Shown in pieces: positions 36,722-45,528 of a stretch of 64,000 nucleotides of DNA. The stretch is from contig CAUJGQ010000096.1 of assembly GCA_963170165.1 (NCBI GenBank), positions 2,243-66,242 on the forward strand, in the 5' to 3' direction. The notes under the pieces are model-generated. The model saw only the letters and a list, made by a program, of their open reading frames with translations, did not search any database and was not told where the DNA came from. Each line of letters opens with the position of its first letter. Positions within the stretch are counted from its first letter, which is position 1. The stretch is from Chloroflexota bacterium (lineage in GTDB: Bacteria > Chloroflexota > Dehalococcoidia > CAUJGQ01). Made by a program: the position numbers and the translations under genes.

Positions 36722-38569
36722 TCATAACCCTCTGCTGAGGAAGGCAACCAGGAGAGCACCTACGCCGGCGGCTAGAGACAGCACCACAGCTACCTTCACC
36801 CAAGCCGGAGCGCCGTCCTTTTGCGTCGGCCGTGGCGGTTGCGTAGGTCGTGGTGGCCCAGCCGGCGTGGGAGCAGCGGGTATGGGTGCTTGCAGCGGTG
36901 ACTGTAGCCCTGGCACAGCAGGGCGAGTCGCCGGTACCGCACGTGGGGGCTGCTGCGCCGATGGCTTGGCTGGCTCAAGCGGTCGAGAGGGCGATGGCGC
37001 ACCGGGAGAATGACTTGTCTGCTTCCTGATCTCCGCCAATACATCCATGTTCCTGGACTGCCGGGTCACGGGTGGCTGTGCAGTGGGCAGAGAGACGTGC
37101 GACGGCCCCTGAACTGACGGCGGTGGCAACGGGCCGGGCTCCGTGGATACTGGCGAGGAGATCTGTGGCGTTACCCTCGCGAGTGAACCGGGACCGCTCC
37201 CCAGGAGTCGAGGTGGCGGGCCGCCGCGGTTCAGTCTGAACTTCGCCTCTTGTTCGTCGATGAACTTGACCTGTGACTGATCCGTTATGGTAATGCCGAT
37301 GCTCTCGTACGACGGACCGACATAGGGCGGCTCTACCAATCCACTCACACTGACCCAGCGGCCTACCCATGCCGCAGATGGCCGGTCGCTGAATGTTGTC
37401 AGTCCTTCCGACCAGATGGTCAGCCGTGCACAGTTAAGCTTCCAGTTGCCAAAATTAACAAAAGCATACGGGTTCCCGTAGCGAGTAGTGGCAGTTTTTG
37501 TCTCGACTACCTTGCCAACGAGTTCCACCTTATCGCCAACCCGCCGGAGAACGGTCTTGTAGTCTGATGCGTCAACGACATCATAGGCGCCGACATAGCG
37601 CAGCGGCTGTTGAGGGACGGTGTGCCTTGACGCTGGTTGGGCAACAGTGACGGCGGATGCAGATGCAGGCCGTTTACCAGCTGCGAAGGCACCAAGGGCA
37701 GGCACGCTCTGGATCGGTGCCGCGCAAAGCTCTGCGAGTTGCTCCGCCTGCCGCTGTAAATCTGGTAGCCGCAAGAGGATCTTGAAGATTTCAGACTGAT
37801 TTGGATCCGCGAAGTCGCCAGCTTTGAAGACGATAGTCTCTCCACCTTCGCTGTACTTCGCGTAAAGTTCCGGGTTCGCCGCAAGCGCCTGCAGGCTGAC
37901 ATCGATGACAATCAGCGAGAAGCGATCGATCCAGGGGCCGAACTGATCGCCCGTTCGTCCAGGATGCTGGAAGTGCTTGAGGCCTATCTCGCTACTGCGT
38001 GTAACGGGTAGGCCGGGCACCCACATGCCGTCGTAATCGATCAGCTTGATGGAACCGTCACGCTGCACCATGACATTGCCGTTTTGCAGATCCCCATGCC
38101 CGATTCCTTGCTGCTCGAGGAATCCCGCCAGCGCACGAAATTTCGTCTGCAGCGACCGGATTGCCTGCGCATTACGGTACTGATGCTGGAGGTAGATGCC
38201 GAGCGTGTCGCCCTCCAGCCAGTCCATCACAACGATCGGGAAGACATTGCCATTCGCGCGAATTCCACTTGGTTGAAAAGAGAATTGTGTGAAGTAGTCA
38301 GACTGAAGCTTCCCAATGGAGCTGGAAATCGCTGCGTACTTCCCCTCGATATCCGGAACCGATCGGTGGAAGCACCGCACGGCGTACTTCTTCGAACCTG
38401 CCGTCAGCTTGTATGTCAGGGCAAATCCGCCGGAGCGTGCGAAGGGGATACCGAAAGAATTGGTTTCGACCTTCGCCTGCTTGAGCTCCGTATCGACAAA
38501 CGCGAACTGCGGATTCTGCAGCAGTTCCTGGTATTCGAGCATAGTGGGATACGCAGCCATTGCGGTCAC
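36722..38569 (-). CDS. protein-kinase-like protein with C-terminal OB-fold-like domain, Pro-rich linker and transmembrane anchor (TerY-P kinase component candidate)
   Basis: Catalytic-loop-like HGDLQNGNVMV (HxDxxxxN) and Mg-binding LIDYDGM (DFG-like). No canonical Gly-rich loop. C-terminal WVKVAVVLSLAAGVGALLVAFL transmembrane helix. ATGA overlap with the upstream PP2C gene. Confidence 0.7.
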   Translation of the reverse strand: MTAMAAYPTMLEYQELLQNPQFAFVDTELKQAKVETNSFGIPFARSGGFALTYKLTAGSKKYAVRCFHRSVPDIEGKYAAISSSIGKLQSDYFTQFSFQPSGIRANGNVFPIVVMDWLEGDTLGIYLQHQYRNAQAIRSLQTKFRALAGFLEQQGIGHGDLQNGNVMVQRDGSIKLIDYDGMWVPGLPVTRSSEIGLKHFQHPGRTGDQFGPWIDRFSLIVIDVSLQALAANPELYAKYSEGGETIVFKAGDFADPNQSEIFKILLRLPDLQRQAEQLAELCAAPIQSVPALGAFAAGKRPASASAVTVAQPASRHTVPQQPLRYVGAYDVVDASDYKTVLRRVGDKVELVGKVVETKTATTRYGNPYAFVNFGNWKLNCARLTIWSEGLTTFSDRPSAAWVGRWVSVSGLVEPPYVGPSYESIGITITDQSQVKFIDEQEAKFRLNRGGPPPRLLGSGPGSLARVTPQISSPVSTEPGPLPPPSVQGPSHVSLPTAQPPVTRQSRNMDVLAEIRKQTSHSPGAPSPSRPLEPAKPSAQQPPRAVPATRPAVPGLQSPLQAPIPAAPTPAGPPRPTQPPRPTQKDGAPAWVKVAVVLSLAAGVGALLVAFLSRGL

Positions 38570-39318
38570 CAGAGTACGAGGAGTGTAGTGTCATCGCGAC
38601 GCAGCCGACCACTTGCCCGTTCGTCAATCACGAACGTGCGAAAGGCACCGATGTCCTGAAGTTCCAGAAGACGCCGAACGGGATTGACTCCGAGACCTGA
38701 CTGCTCAAGGAACCAGAGGCCGAGTGCGTCGGTCATACACAGCAGGCGCGGCTGTTGATAATCCTGTAAGTCAAACTCCCCGCACCAGTCCCACCGGAGG
38801 AAGCCGTCCTCATCAAATTGATTCTCACTGAGATTAGTTGAAATCAGGTGGGGTCTGTTGCCGAACTGACTGGGATGAGACAAAGGAAACATTTGCTGGA
38901 TGGCGTCACCGTCGCAGAGCACACCGCAGGTGTCACCAATTGCCTGGATCTCCAGCAAACCCTGCGCGCGATAGCGAATACCCAGAAGACTCGCGAAGTT
39001 GCCCCGCTCCATCGCTGCCTGAGCGTGCCAAGGAAGATTATCCCAGTCAAAGCGCTTCGCGAACTCTTGCGCGACCTTCTTTAGTGAGTCGCGTCTGATG
39101 CTGGGGTCACGCACGTAGTGGCACACGAGCATCTGCGCCCAGGTGGCAGAGTCAAACGATACCGAAGCCCCATCGCTGAGCGCATATCTGCCCCAGCCGC
39201 GGTGCGCTTTCCACTTGTCCTCGTTCTGGGAGCCGTCGTCGTGCTTGGGTACCGTGAACTCGCGCCGCAACTGGAATGCGTCGGTTGACACCTTCGCCCC
39301 CCTAGCGATCGCCCGCAA
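38566..39318 (-). CDS. PP2C-family Ser/Thr protein phosphatase
   Basis: N-terminal metal-binding motif GSQNEDKW, the LSDGASVSFDSATWAQML block (equivalent to DGMGGHxxG), and the C-terminal DDTTLLVLW end typical of PP2C/SpoIIE phosphatases. Confidence 0.65.
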   Translation of the reverse strand: MRAIARGAKVSTDAFQLRREFTVPKHDDGSQNEDKWKAHRGWGRYALSDGASVSFDSATWAQMLVCHYVRDPSIRRDSLKKVAQEFAKRFDWDNLPWHAQAAMERGNFASLLGIRYRAQGLLEIQAIGDTCGVLCDGDAIQQMFPLSHPSQFGNRPHLISTNLSENQFDEDGFLRWDWCGEFDLQDYQQPRLLCMTDALGLWFLEQSGLGVNPVRRLLELQDIGAFRTFVIDERASGRLRRDDTTLLVLW

Positions 39319-41038
39319 CTACGTTCGCACGTGTGCCAATGTCGAAAAAGTCCACGATGAATCCGGGCGACTGCACATTGTACATGAAACCACGCGCGCC
39401 ATCCGCGATCTGGTAGTCTTTGCTCATCGCCGCCTGAACGAGGTGCGCTGGCAGTGCACTCGAGGCTCGGAAGAGCATGCGGGCGGAGTCATCAGGAAGG
39501 CCCGTCTCATCAGATGGGAGGACGATCGGCGCGATCGCTCCAAGGGCAACGTGGAGATTGAACACAAGAATCTCTCCATCATCGGTGCCCATGAGCCGCA
39601 ACTTCTCGACGATCTCTTCTGGCGACCCATCGGTGGACACACCATCGGTGATATGCAGTACGGTCGGTGGGTAGGAGTTCGGATGGGCATCGCACCAGGC
39701 TGCCAGTACCTCGGCAGCGCGCACGAAGGCCGCACGCATCGGTGTACCACCGGTGTTCTTTGGCTCGAACCAGACGGGGAACTTCGTGTTCATCTCGACA
39801 ACGCCACCGGCCCCGTCGTCGACTTTGCGCTTTCTCTCCTCAATGCGCAGAGGGTTATCAGCGATCATGCTGATAGAATGAAGATCCTGTCCAGCCAGGT
39901 TGCCGCTGAAGCCCGGCGCTACGCTGTTACCACCGTACCCAAGCACGCCGATGTCAAAGTAGTCCCGCACGCCGTCGGCTTTGGTGCAAACTTGGCCAAG
40001 CGTGTAGATGGTGCGATTGAGGACGTCCGCGACGAACTCGGCCTTGGACCGGCCACTCTCCATGCGTTCGTCCATGGAACCTGACTGGTCGACGAGAAAT
40101 AGAAAACACGTGGGGTTGGCTCTGCTGATCTCACCGCGATACGACATAGCTTCTGGATGCTCCTTGTGTTGCTGTTTGGATAGATTGATATTGTCCCAAT
40201 CCGGTCGCTCACTCGAGCCAACATATAAAGAGTCGATGAGGAAGCTCTCCGGGGACTCGACGTTGTACATGAAACCACGCGCACCATCCCCAACCTGGCA
40301 GCCCCGTTCTTGCGCTTCGTAAAGAAGGTGATCGGGCAGCGCACTCGATGCCCGCCACAACATGCGGGCGTTTTCATTCGGCAGCCTGGATTCGGTTGCT
40401 GGAAATAGGAGTTCTGAGTGACCCCCAGGAGCTACTTGCAGGTTGAAGATCAGGGAAGCGCCGTCGGCAGTTCCAAAATTCTGCAGTGACTTGCTGAGCA
40501 ACTCAGGCGACCCATCGGTCGAGTCGCCGCCAGTTAGGTGGAGTACGGTGGGAGGATAGGAGTCTGGATGGCGTTCGCACCAGGCTGCCAGTACCTCGGC
40601 AGCGCGCACGAAGGCCGCACGCATCGGTGTACCACCGGTGTTCTTTGGCTCGAACCAGACGGGAAACTTCGTGCTCATCTCGATCACGCCACCGGCGCCA
40701 TCGTCCACCGTTCGCTTCCGATCCTCGACCCGCAACGGGTTATCAGCCACCACACTTGTTGGATGAAGAACCTTGCCCGCAAGTATGCCGCCAAAACCCG
40801 GTGCCACGCTGTCATCACCATAACAAAGCACGCCGATGTCAACGTAATTTCGGACCCCATCTGATCTACAACTGCACTGGATTAATCGGGAAATGGCTCG
40901 GTTAAGTATGTCTGCAACGATCTCTGACCTGGGAGTTCCACTCTCCAGGTGCCCTTTCATCGACCCAGATTGATCAACAAGGAACAGGAAGCAGGTGGGC
41001 TTGGTTGGGCTGATCCAGGCGCGATACGGCATGATCAC
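39302..41038 (-). CDS. tandem-duplicated vWA (von Willebrand factor A) domain protein, TerY-like x2
   Basis: Two MIDAS motifs CFLFLVDQSGSM (DxSxS), one per half, with a TDG(D/V)STDG second metal loop. The two halves are about 60% identical with an 885-bp period. Confidence 0.75.
   Translation of the reverse strand: MIMPYRAWISPTKPTCFLFLVDQSGSMKGHLESGTPRSEIVADILNRAISRLIQCSCRSDGVRNYVDIGVLCYGDDSVAPGFGGILAGKVLHPTSVVADNPLRVEDRKRTVDDGAGGVIEMSTKFPVWFEPKNTGGTPMRAAFVRAAEVLAAWCERHPDSYPPTVLHLTGGDSTDGSPELLSKSLQNFGTADGASLIFNLQVAPGGHSELLFPATESRLPNENARMLWRASSALPDHLLYEAQERGCQVGDGARGFMYNVESPESFLIDSLYVGSSERPDWDNINLSKQQHKEHPEAMSYRGEISRANPTCFLFLVDQSGSMDERMESGRSKAEFVADVLNRTIYTLGQVCTKADGVRDYFDIGVLGYGGNSVAPGFSGNLAGQDLHSISMIADNPLRIEERKRKVDDGAGGVVEMNTKFPVWFEPKNTGGTPMRAAFVRAAEVLAAWCDAHPNSYPPTVLHITDGVSTDGSPEEIVEKLRLMGTDDGEILVFNLHVALGAIAPIVLPSDETGLPDDSARMLFRASSALPAHLVQAAMSKDYQIADGARGFMYNVQSPGFIVDFFDIGTRANVVAGDR
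39692..39778. repeat. 87-bp segment perfectly identical to 40577..40663 (core of the intragenic vWA duplication)
   Basis: Direct comparison of the two halves of the 39302..41038 gene. The flanks diverge gradually. Confidence 0.85.
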
Positions 41039-41075
41039 TCCGGATGCCGAGTCTTCGTACCTTTGGCTGGCACCA

Positions 41076-41921
41076 TCACGTCAGTTGAGCGCGCGTGCCG
41101 ATATTGAAGAAGTCGACGATGCTCGAGATATCCGCGTTGTAGACGAAGCCACGTGCTCGCTCCTGTATCCGCAGCCCTTGCTGGCGGGCAGACTGGATCA
41201 AAGTCGCGGGTAGTTCGCTCGACATCTGGAACAGCTTGACGGCGTACTTATTTGGCAATCCAGCTGGGTCTCTCGGAAAGGCATGCGAGTTGCCGTGCCC
41301 CTGGTCGACGTGGAGATTGAACAGCAAACATTGGCCATCCTCTGTTGCAAGCGCCCTCACCTTGGCGGCTATGGGCTCGGGATCACCATCTGTCGGATGC
41401 CCATCGGTTACGTGCAGCAAGATGGGTGGATAGCTGAGTGGGTGGCGGTGCACCCAGTCATTCAATGTCTGATGGGCAAGTCCGAGTCCAGCGCACATCC
41501 CGGTCCAGCCGCGGCTGCACGGCTCTACCCAGACCGGAAATCGTATCGGGTTGCTAATCGTGTCTCCGGTCTCAGACTTGACCTGCTGCTGACGAGTCTC
41601 AATACGCAAGGGGTGCGTAGCCATGAGTGAAAGTGGATGGAGGACGGCGGTATTGAGTACGCCGTGTAAGGCGTTCTCAGCAAGTCCAAGGTCACGCGTC
41701 AGACCGCTGTAACCGATGACGCCGACATCGAAGTAGTCACGCACTCCATCGTGTCGTGTGGAAGCGACAGCCAGGGTGGCGAGGGTGCGATTGATCACGT
41801 CGCACAGAAACTGTGCCTTCGTGCCTGCGCCTTCGACATGCTCGCGCATCGAGGTCGATTGGTCTACAAGGATTAGCAGGCATGCAGGCGACGTCTGGCT
41901 GATGGCAGCGGAGTACACCAC
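41076..41921 (-). CDS. vWA domain protein (TerY-like), first gene of the operon
   Basis: MIDAS ACLLILVDQSTSM plus TDGHPTDGD. Paralogous to both halves of the fused gene. GGGAGA RBS. Confidence 0.75.
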   Translation of the reverse strand: MVYSAAISQTSPACLLILVDQSTSMREHVEGAGTKAQFLCDVINRTLATLAVASTRHDGVRDYFDVGVIGYSGLTRDLGLAENALHGVLNTAVLHPLSLMATHPLRIETRQQQVKSETGDTISNPIRFPVWVEPCSRGWTGMCAGLGLAHQTLNDWVHRHPLSYPPILLHVTDGHPTDGDPEPIAAKVRALATEDGQCLLFNLHVDQGHGNSHAFPRDPAGLPNKYAVKLFQMSSELPATLIQSARQQGLRIQERARGFVYNADISSIVDFFNIGTRAQLT

Positions 41922-42001
41922 TGGAGATCTCCCGCGGCTTCAGCGTGCGACAGTGTTGACGTGCTAGTTGTCGCAGCGACTGGCACTCTAGCTGGTTTGG
42001 T

Positions 42002-42030
42002 ATCATACATAGACATTATGTGACATGCAA
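42002..42030 (-). promoter_or_regulatory. putative sigma-70 promoter for the vWA-PP2C-kinase operon (TTGCAT, 17 nt, TATGAT on the minus strand)
   Basis: Near-consensus hexamers with a 17-nt spacer in an AT-richer 180-bp region about 75 nt upstream of the vWA start codon. Confidence 0.4.
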
Positions 42031-42091
42031 TCATTTCGAAAGGCGTGGTCGCCTCATTGCCCTCATCTGAGGTCGTGCAGTGAAGTCAATA

Positions 42092-42189
42092 CAGAGGGGA
42101 CCAGCGTGCTGCCGGTCCCCTCGTTGGCTGCGGTGCCGGGTGGGCGCTTAGTGGGCGGCGGCGCCGGAGTGGGCGAAGCCGATATTCGG
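42092..42189. repeat. right copy of the 98-bp direct repeat: the genuine 3' end (last 14 codons plus stop) and terminator hairpin of the TPP-enzyme gene
   Basis: Reverse complement reads DPNIGFAHSGAAAH-stop in frame with the 549-aa ORF. Hairpin GGGGACC-N11-GGTCCCC at 42096..42120. Confidence 0.85.
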
Positions 42190-43797
42190 GTCGGTGATGA
42201 CATTGATGCAGGCGGGGACTCCGGAGGCAAACGCCCGCTCCAGCGCCGGCCGGATCTCCTTGGCTTCGGTCACCATCTCGCCGTAGCCGCCCATCGCCTC
42301 GACGATTTTGTCGTAGCGCACGCTCTGCGACAGCTCCTGCGCGACGGTGTGGCCGTAGCGCTGCATCTGCGGGCGCTTGTTTTCGCCCCAGGCGCCGTCG
42401 TTGCCGATGATCGACACCACCGGCAGCTTGTGCCGCACCATCGTCTCGAACTCAAAGCCGTTGAGACCGAAGGAGCCGTCGCCGTTGACGATCAGCACCT
42501 GCTCCTGCGGACGGGCCAGCTTGGCGGCGATGGCGTAGCCGGTGCCGACGCCCAGGCAGCCCAACCCGCCCGGATCAAGCCAGTGGCCGGGCTTGTAGAT
42601 GTCGAGGATGCGGGCCGCGGTGGTGACGACATCGCCGCCGTCACCGATCACCGTGGCGTCGCGGTCGATGAAGTCGCGGATCTCCTTGCACAGGCGGTAG
42701 GGGTGAATCGGGTTCTGGTCCGAGTTCATCACCGCCTCATCCGCCTTGCGCGTCTGCCCCTCGATGCCGCGCAGCAGCTCGATCCAGGCATCGCCGCCAC
42801 GGCGGTCGCGGCCGGTCTCCAGCTCGTTGACCAGCTGCGTGAGCACGGAGTTGACGTCGCCCACCAGCCCGACCTCGATGTCACGGTTCTTGGCGATCAG
42901 CGTCTCATCGACATCGACTTGGATCACCTTGACGTCCGGGTGGAAGCGCGGCGGCCGGCCGAAGCGCAGGCGGAAGTCGAACGGCGCGCCGATCACCAGC
43001 ACGACATCGGCCTGAGACAGCGCCTGCCCGCGGGAGAAGGCAAAGAACAGCGGGTGGTCGGCAGGGATGGCGCCGCGGGCCATGCTGTTCAGATAGACCG
43101 GGGCGTTGAGCGTCTCGATAGTGGCGCGCAGGGCGTCCCACGCCTGGTCAAACCAGATGGCGGAGCCGGCCATCACCACCGGCCGCTCGGCATTCGCCAG
43201 CAGATCGGCGGCGCGGCGCACCTCATCCGGGTCGGCCTGGGTGCGGCCGGTGGCGCGGTCCTGCTTGGGCCACCACACCTTCTCCTCGGCAGCGCTGCCC
43301 ATGATCACGTCGATCGGCACCTCCAGGAAGGAGGGGCCAGGCCGGCCGGCAATGGCATGGCGGAAGGCGATGGAGATGTACTCGGGCAGGCGGGCCGTCT
43401 GCGCCACCATCGCCGAGTACTTGGTGATCGGGCGCAGGAAGTCCAGGTGATCGATCTCCTGGAGGTTGCCCATCCCCCACTGCGCCAGCGGGCTCTTGCC
43501 ACCGATCACGATGCAAGGCGCGCCGCTCTGCAGGGCGGAGACGATACCGGTGACGCCGTCGGTGACGCCTGGTCCGGCGGTAATGGCGGCCACACCCGGC
43601 TTGCCCGTCACCTTCGCCCAGCCCTCGGCAGCGTGCACGGCCGCCTGCTCGTGGCGAAAGTCAACGACGCCGATACCTTCTTTGACGCAGCCGTCATAGG
43701 TGGGCGAGATATGCCCGCCGCTGAGCGTGAACAGGTGCTGCACGCCCTCTTTCTTGAGCTGGCGGGCGATGAGATGCCCGCCATGCAAATCGGCCAT
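42148..43797 (-). CDS. thiamine pyrophosphate-dependent enzyme (acetolactate synthase large subunit/oxalyl-CoA decarboxylase family)
   Basis: N-terminal TPP_enzyme_N motif (GVQHLFTLSGGHISPTYDG), TPP-binding GDGSFGLNGFEFETMVRH...N motif, and 549 aa. GGAGG RBS. Confidence 0.8.
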   Translation of the reverse strand: MADLHGGHLIARQLKKEGVQHLFTLSGGHISPTYDGCVKEGIGVVDFRHEQAAVHAAEGWAKVTGKPGVAAITAGPGVTDGVTGIVSALQSGAPCIVIGGKSPLAQWGMGNLQEIDHLDFLRPITKYSAMVAQTARLPEYISIAFRHAIAGRPGPSFLEVPIDVIMGSAAEEKVWWPKQDRATGRTQADPDEVRRAADLLANAERPVVMAGSAIWFDQAWDALRATIETLNAPVYLNSMARGAIPADHPLFFAFSRGQALSQADVVLVIGAPFDFRLRFGRPPRFHPDVKVIQVDVDETLIAKNRDIEVGLVGDVNSVLTQLVNELETGRDRRGGDAWIELLRGIEGQTRKADEAVMNSDQNPIHPYRLCKEIRDFIDRDATVIGDGGDVVTTAARILDIYKPGHWLDPGGLGCLGVGTGYAIAAKLARPQEQVLIVNGDGSFGLNGFEFETMVRHKLPVVSIIGNDGAWGENKRPQMQRYGHTVAQELSQSVRYDKIVEAMGGYGEMVTEAKEIRPALERAFASGVPACINVITDPNIGFAHSGAAAH

Positions 43798-43929
43798 GTG
43801 CCTGCCTCCAATGGCTATTCACAGGTACCCGCGGCCAGTCTCGTGCTTCCCGGCACAAGCCGCAAGCGCGGGCCAGCAGGCGAGCCGCGCGCCACCGATG
43901 AGACCGCTGCAAACGCTCGCAAGCGTGCG

Positions 43930-45495
43930 CTAGATATCGTCGGGCGGGCTGTCCGCCCCATCCACAGCCCCCGCTTCCCGATCCTCGCTCACCACATTGC
44001 GGCCGTAGAGCTCAGACAGATGACGCAGGCGGACGGCGTGGCCATGCGTCAGGGCGCCGGCCGTCAGCCGCCAGGCCCAGTTGCCATGGGGGCGGCCGGG
44101 GAAGTTCATTCGGGCCTCGCCGCCCAGCGCCAGTACGTCCTGTACCGGGATGATGGCCATCTCTGCCACCGAGGCCAGCGCAGCCCGGATGAAGTCCCAG
44201 GCGATGTCATGGCCATCAATGCCAAAGTAGCGGCGGACGTGATCGCGGGTCTTCTCTGGCTGGCTGTGGTACCACCCGACGGTCGTATCGTTGTCATGGG
44301 TGCCGGTGTAGGTCACCGTTGCGGCGGCGTGGTTGTGGGGCAGGTACAGGTTCTCCGGGCCACCGCCAAAGGCAAACTGCAGCACGCGCATCCCGGGGAA
44401 CCCCAGCTCCAGGCGTAGCGCCTCCACCTTGGGGGTAATCAGCCCCAGATCCTCGGCGATGATCGGGAAATCACCCAGCGCCGCACGGACAGCGGCGAAC
44501 AGCGCGCGCCCCGGCGTCTCGACCCACTTCCCCTTGACCGCTGTCTCCTCCTGCGCCGGAATGTGCCACGATGCCTGGAAGCCGCGGAAGTGATCCACGC
44601 GGACGATGTCCACGGTGGCCAGCAGCGCGCGAAAGCGCTCCACCCACCAGCCGAATCCCTGCTGCTCCAGCACGTCCCAGCGGTACAAGGGGTTGCCCCA
44701 GCGCTGGCCGGTGCGCGAGAAGGCGTCCGGTGGCACGCCGGCGACAATGGTAGGCTGCCCCCGCGCATCCAGGTGGAACAGGTCCTGCCGCGCCCACACA
44801 TCGGCGCTGTCGTGCGCGACGAAGATCGGAACGTCACCGATGATGCGGACGCCCTGCTCGTTGGCATACGTGCGCAGCGCGCCCCACTGGCGGAAGAATG
44901 CCCATTGGGCGAAGGCGTGCACGTCTATCTCATGCGCGAGGGCGGCACGCGCCTTGGCCAGCGCCTCCCCCTCCCGCCGCACCAGTTCCGGTGGCCAGGA
45001 GGTCCACTCGCGGCCGCCGTGCTGGTCGCGCAGCGCCATGAACAGCGCGTAGTCCGGCAGCCAGCTCTGTTCCCGCTCGATAAAGTCTGCCAGCTGCTGC
45101 CGCCCGGCGGCGTCCGACCGCAGCCGGTGGCAGGCCCGCCGCAGCCGCTCGCCCTTGAACGCCTCCGCGCCGGCGAAATCGGCCGGGGATGGCTTACCGT
45201 CCGCTGCGCCCGCGAGATCCGCCGCCGTCAGCAGGCCATCGGCAGCCAATGCCTCCAGCGATATCAGCAGGGGATTGCCGGCAAAGGCCGAGCGGGCAGC
45301 ATATGGCGATTCGCCGTAGCCCGGCGGGCCAAGCGGCATGATCTGCCACAGGTTCTGGCCGGCCTCAGCGAGGAAGTCCACGAAGCGTCGGGCATCCGGG
45401 CCCAGATCGCCGCAACCATGACCACCGGGCAAGGAGGTGGGATGCAGCAGCAGGCCGCTGCTCCTCTGGGGACGCTGTGGGGAGATAGCCGTCAC
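43930..45495 (-). CDS. malQ: 4-alpha-glucanotransferase (amylomaltase, GH77)
   Basis: N-terminal GLLLHPTSLPGGHGCGDLG...FVDFLAEAGQNLWQIMPLGP...ESPYAARSAFAGNPLLI is the GH77 signature. GTG start with a GGAGGGG RBS. Confidence 0.85.
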   Translation of the reverse strand: MTAISPQRPQRSSGLLLHPTSLPGGHGCGDLGPDARRFVDFLAEAGQNLWQIMPLGPPGYGESPYAARSAFAGNPLLISLEALAADGLLTAADLAGAADGKPSPADFAGAEAFKGERLRRACHRLRSDAAGRQQLADFIEREQSWLPDYALFMALRDQHGGREWTSWPPELVRREGEALAKARAALAHEIDVHAFAQWAFFRQWGALRTYANEQGVRIIGDVPIFVAHDSADVWARQDLFHLDARGQPTIVAGVPPDAFSRTGQRWGNPLYRWDVLEQQGFGWWVERFRALLATVDIVRVDHFRGFQASWHIPAQEETAVKGKWVETPGRALFAAVRAALGDFPIIAEDLGLITPKVEALRLELGFPGMRVLQFAFGGGPENLYLPHNHAAATVTYTGTHDNDTTVGWYHSQPEKTRDHVRRYFGIDGHDIAWDFIRAALASVAEMAIIPVQDVLALGGEARMNFPGRPHGNWAWRLTAGALTHGHAVRLRHLSELYGRNVVSEDREAGAVDGADSPPDDI

Positions 45496-45528
45496 GGGGA
45501 GCCCCTCCGCGTTCCGCGCGTTACCGGT

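Noticed and set aside
39143-40084. 313-aa plus-strand ORF, and its look-alike at 40538..40864
   Set aside because: These are antisense images of the two halves of the duplicated vWA gene. Their mutual similarity simply mirrors the real minus-strand duplication.
36476-42189. Integrase, transposase, or tRNA gene associated with the repeat-bounded islet
   Set aside because: I looked for these specifically. All four ORFs between the repeats are vWA, PP2C or kinase proteins. There is no recombinase-like ORF and no tRNA-like sequence anywhere in the window.
42025-44418. 797-aa plus-strand ORF
   Set aside because: Antisense to the TPP enzyme and malQ. Runs through the repeat and promoter region with no domain content.
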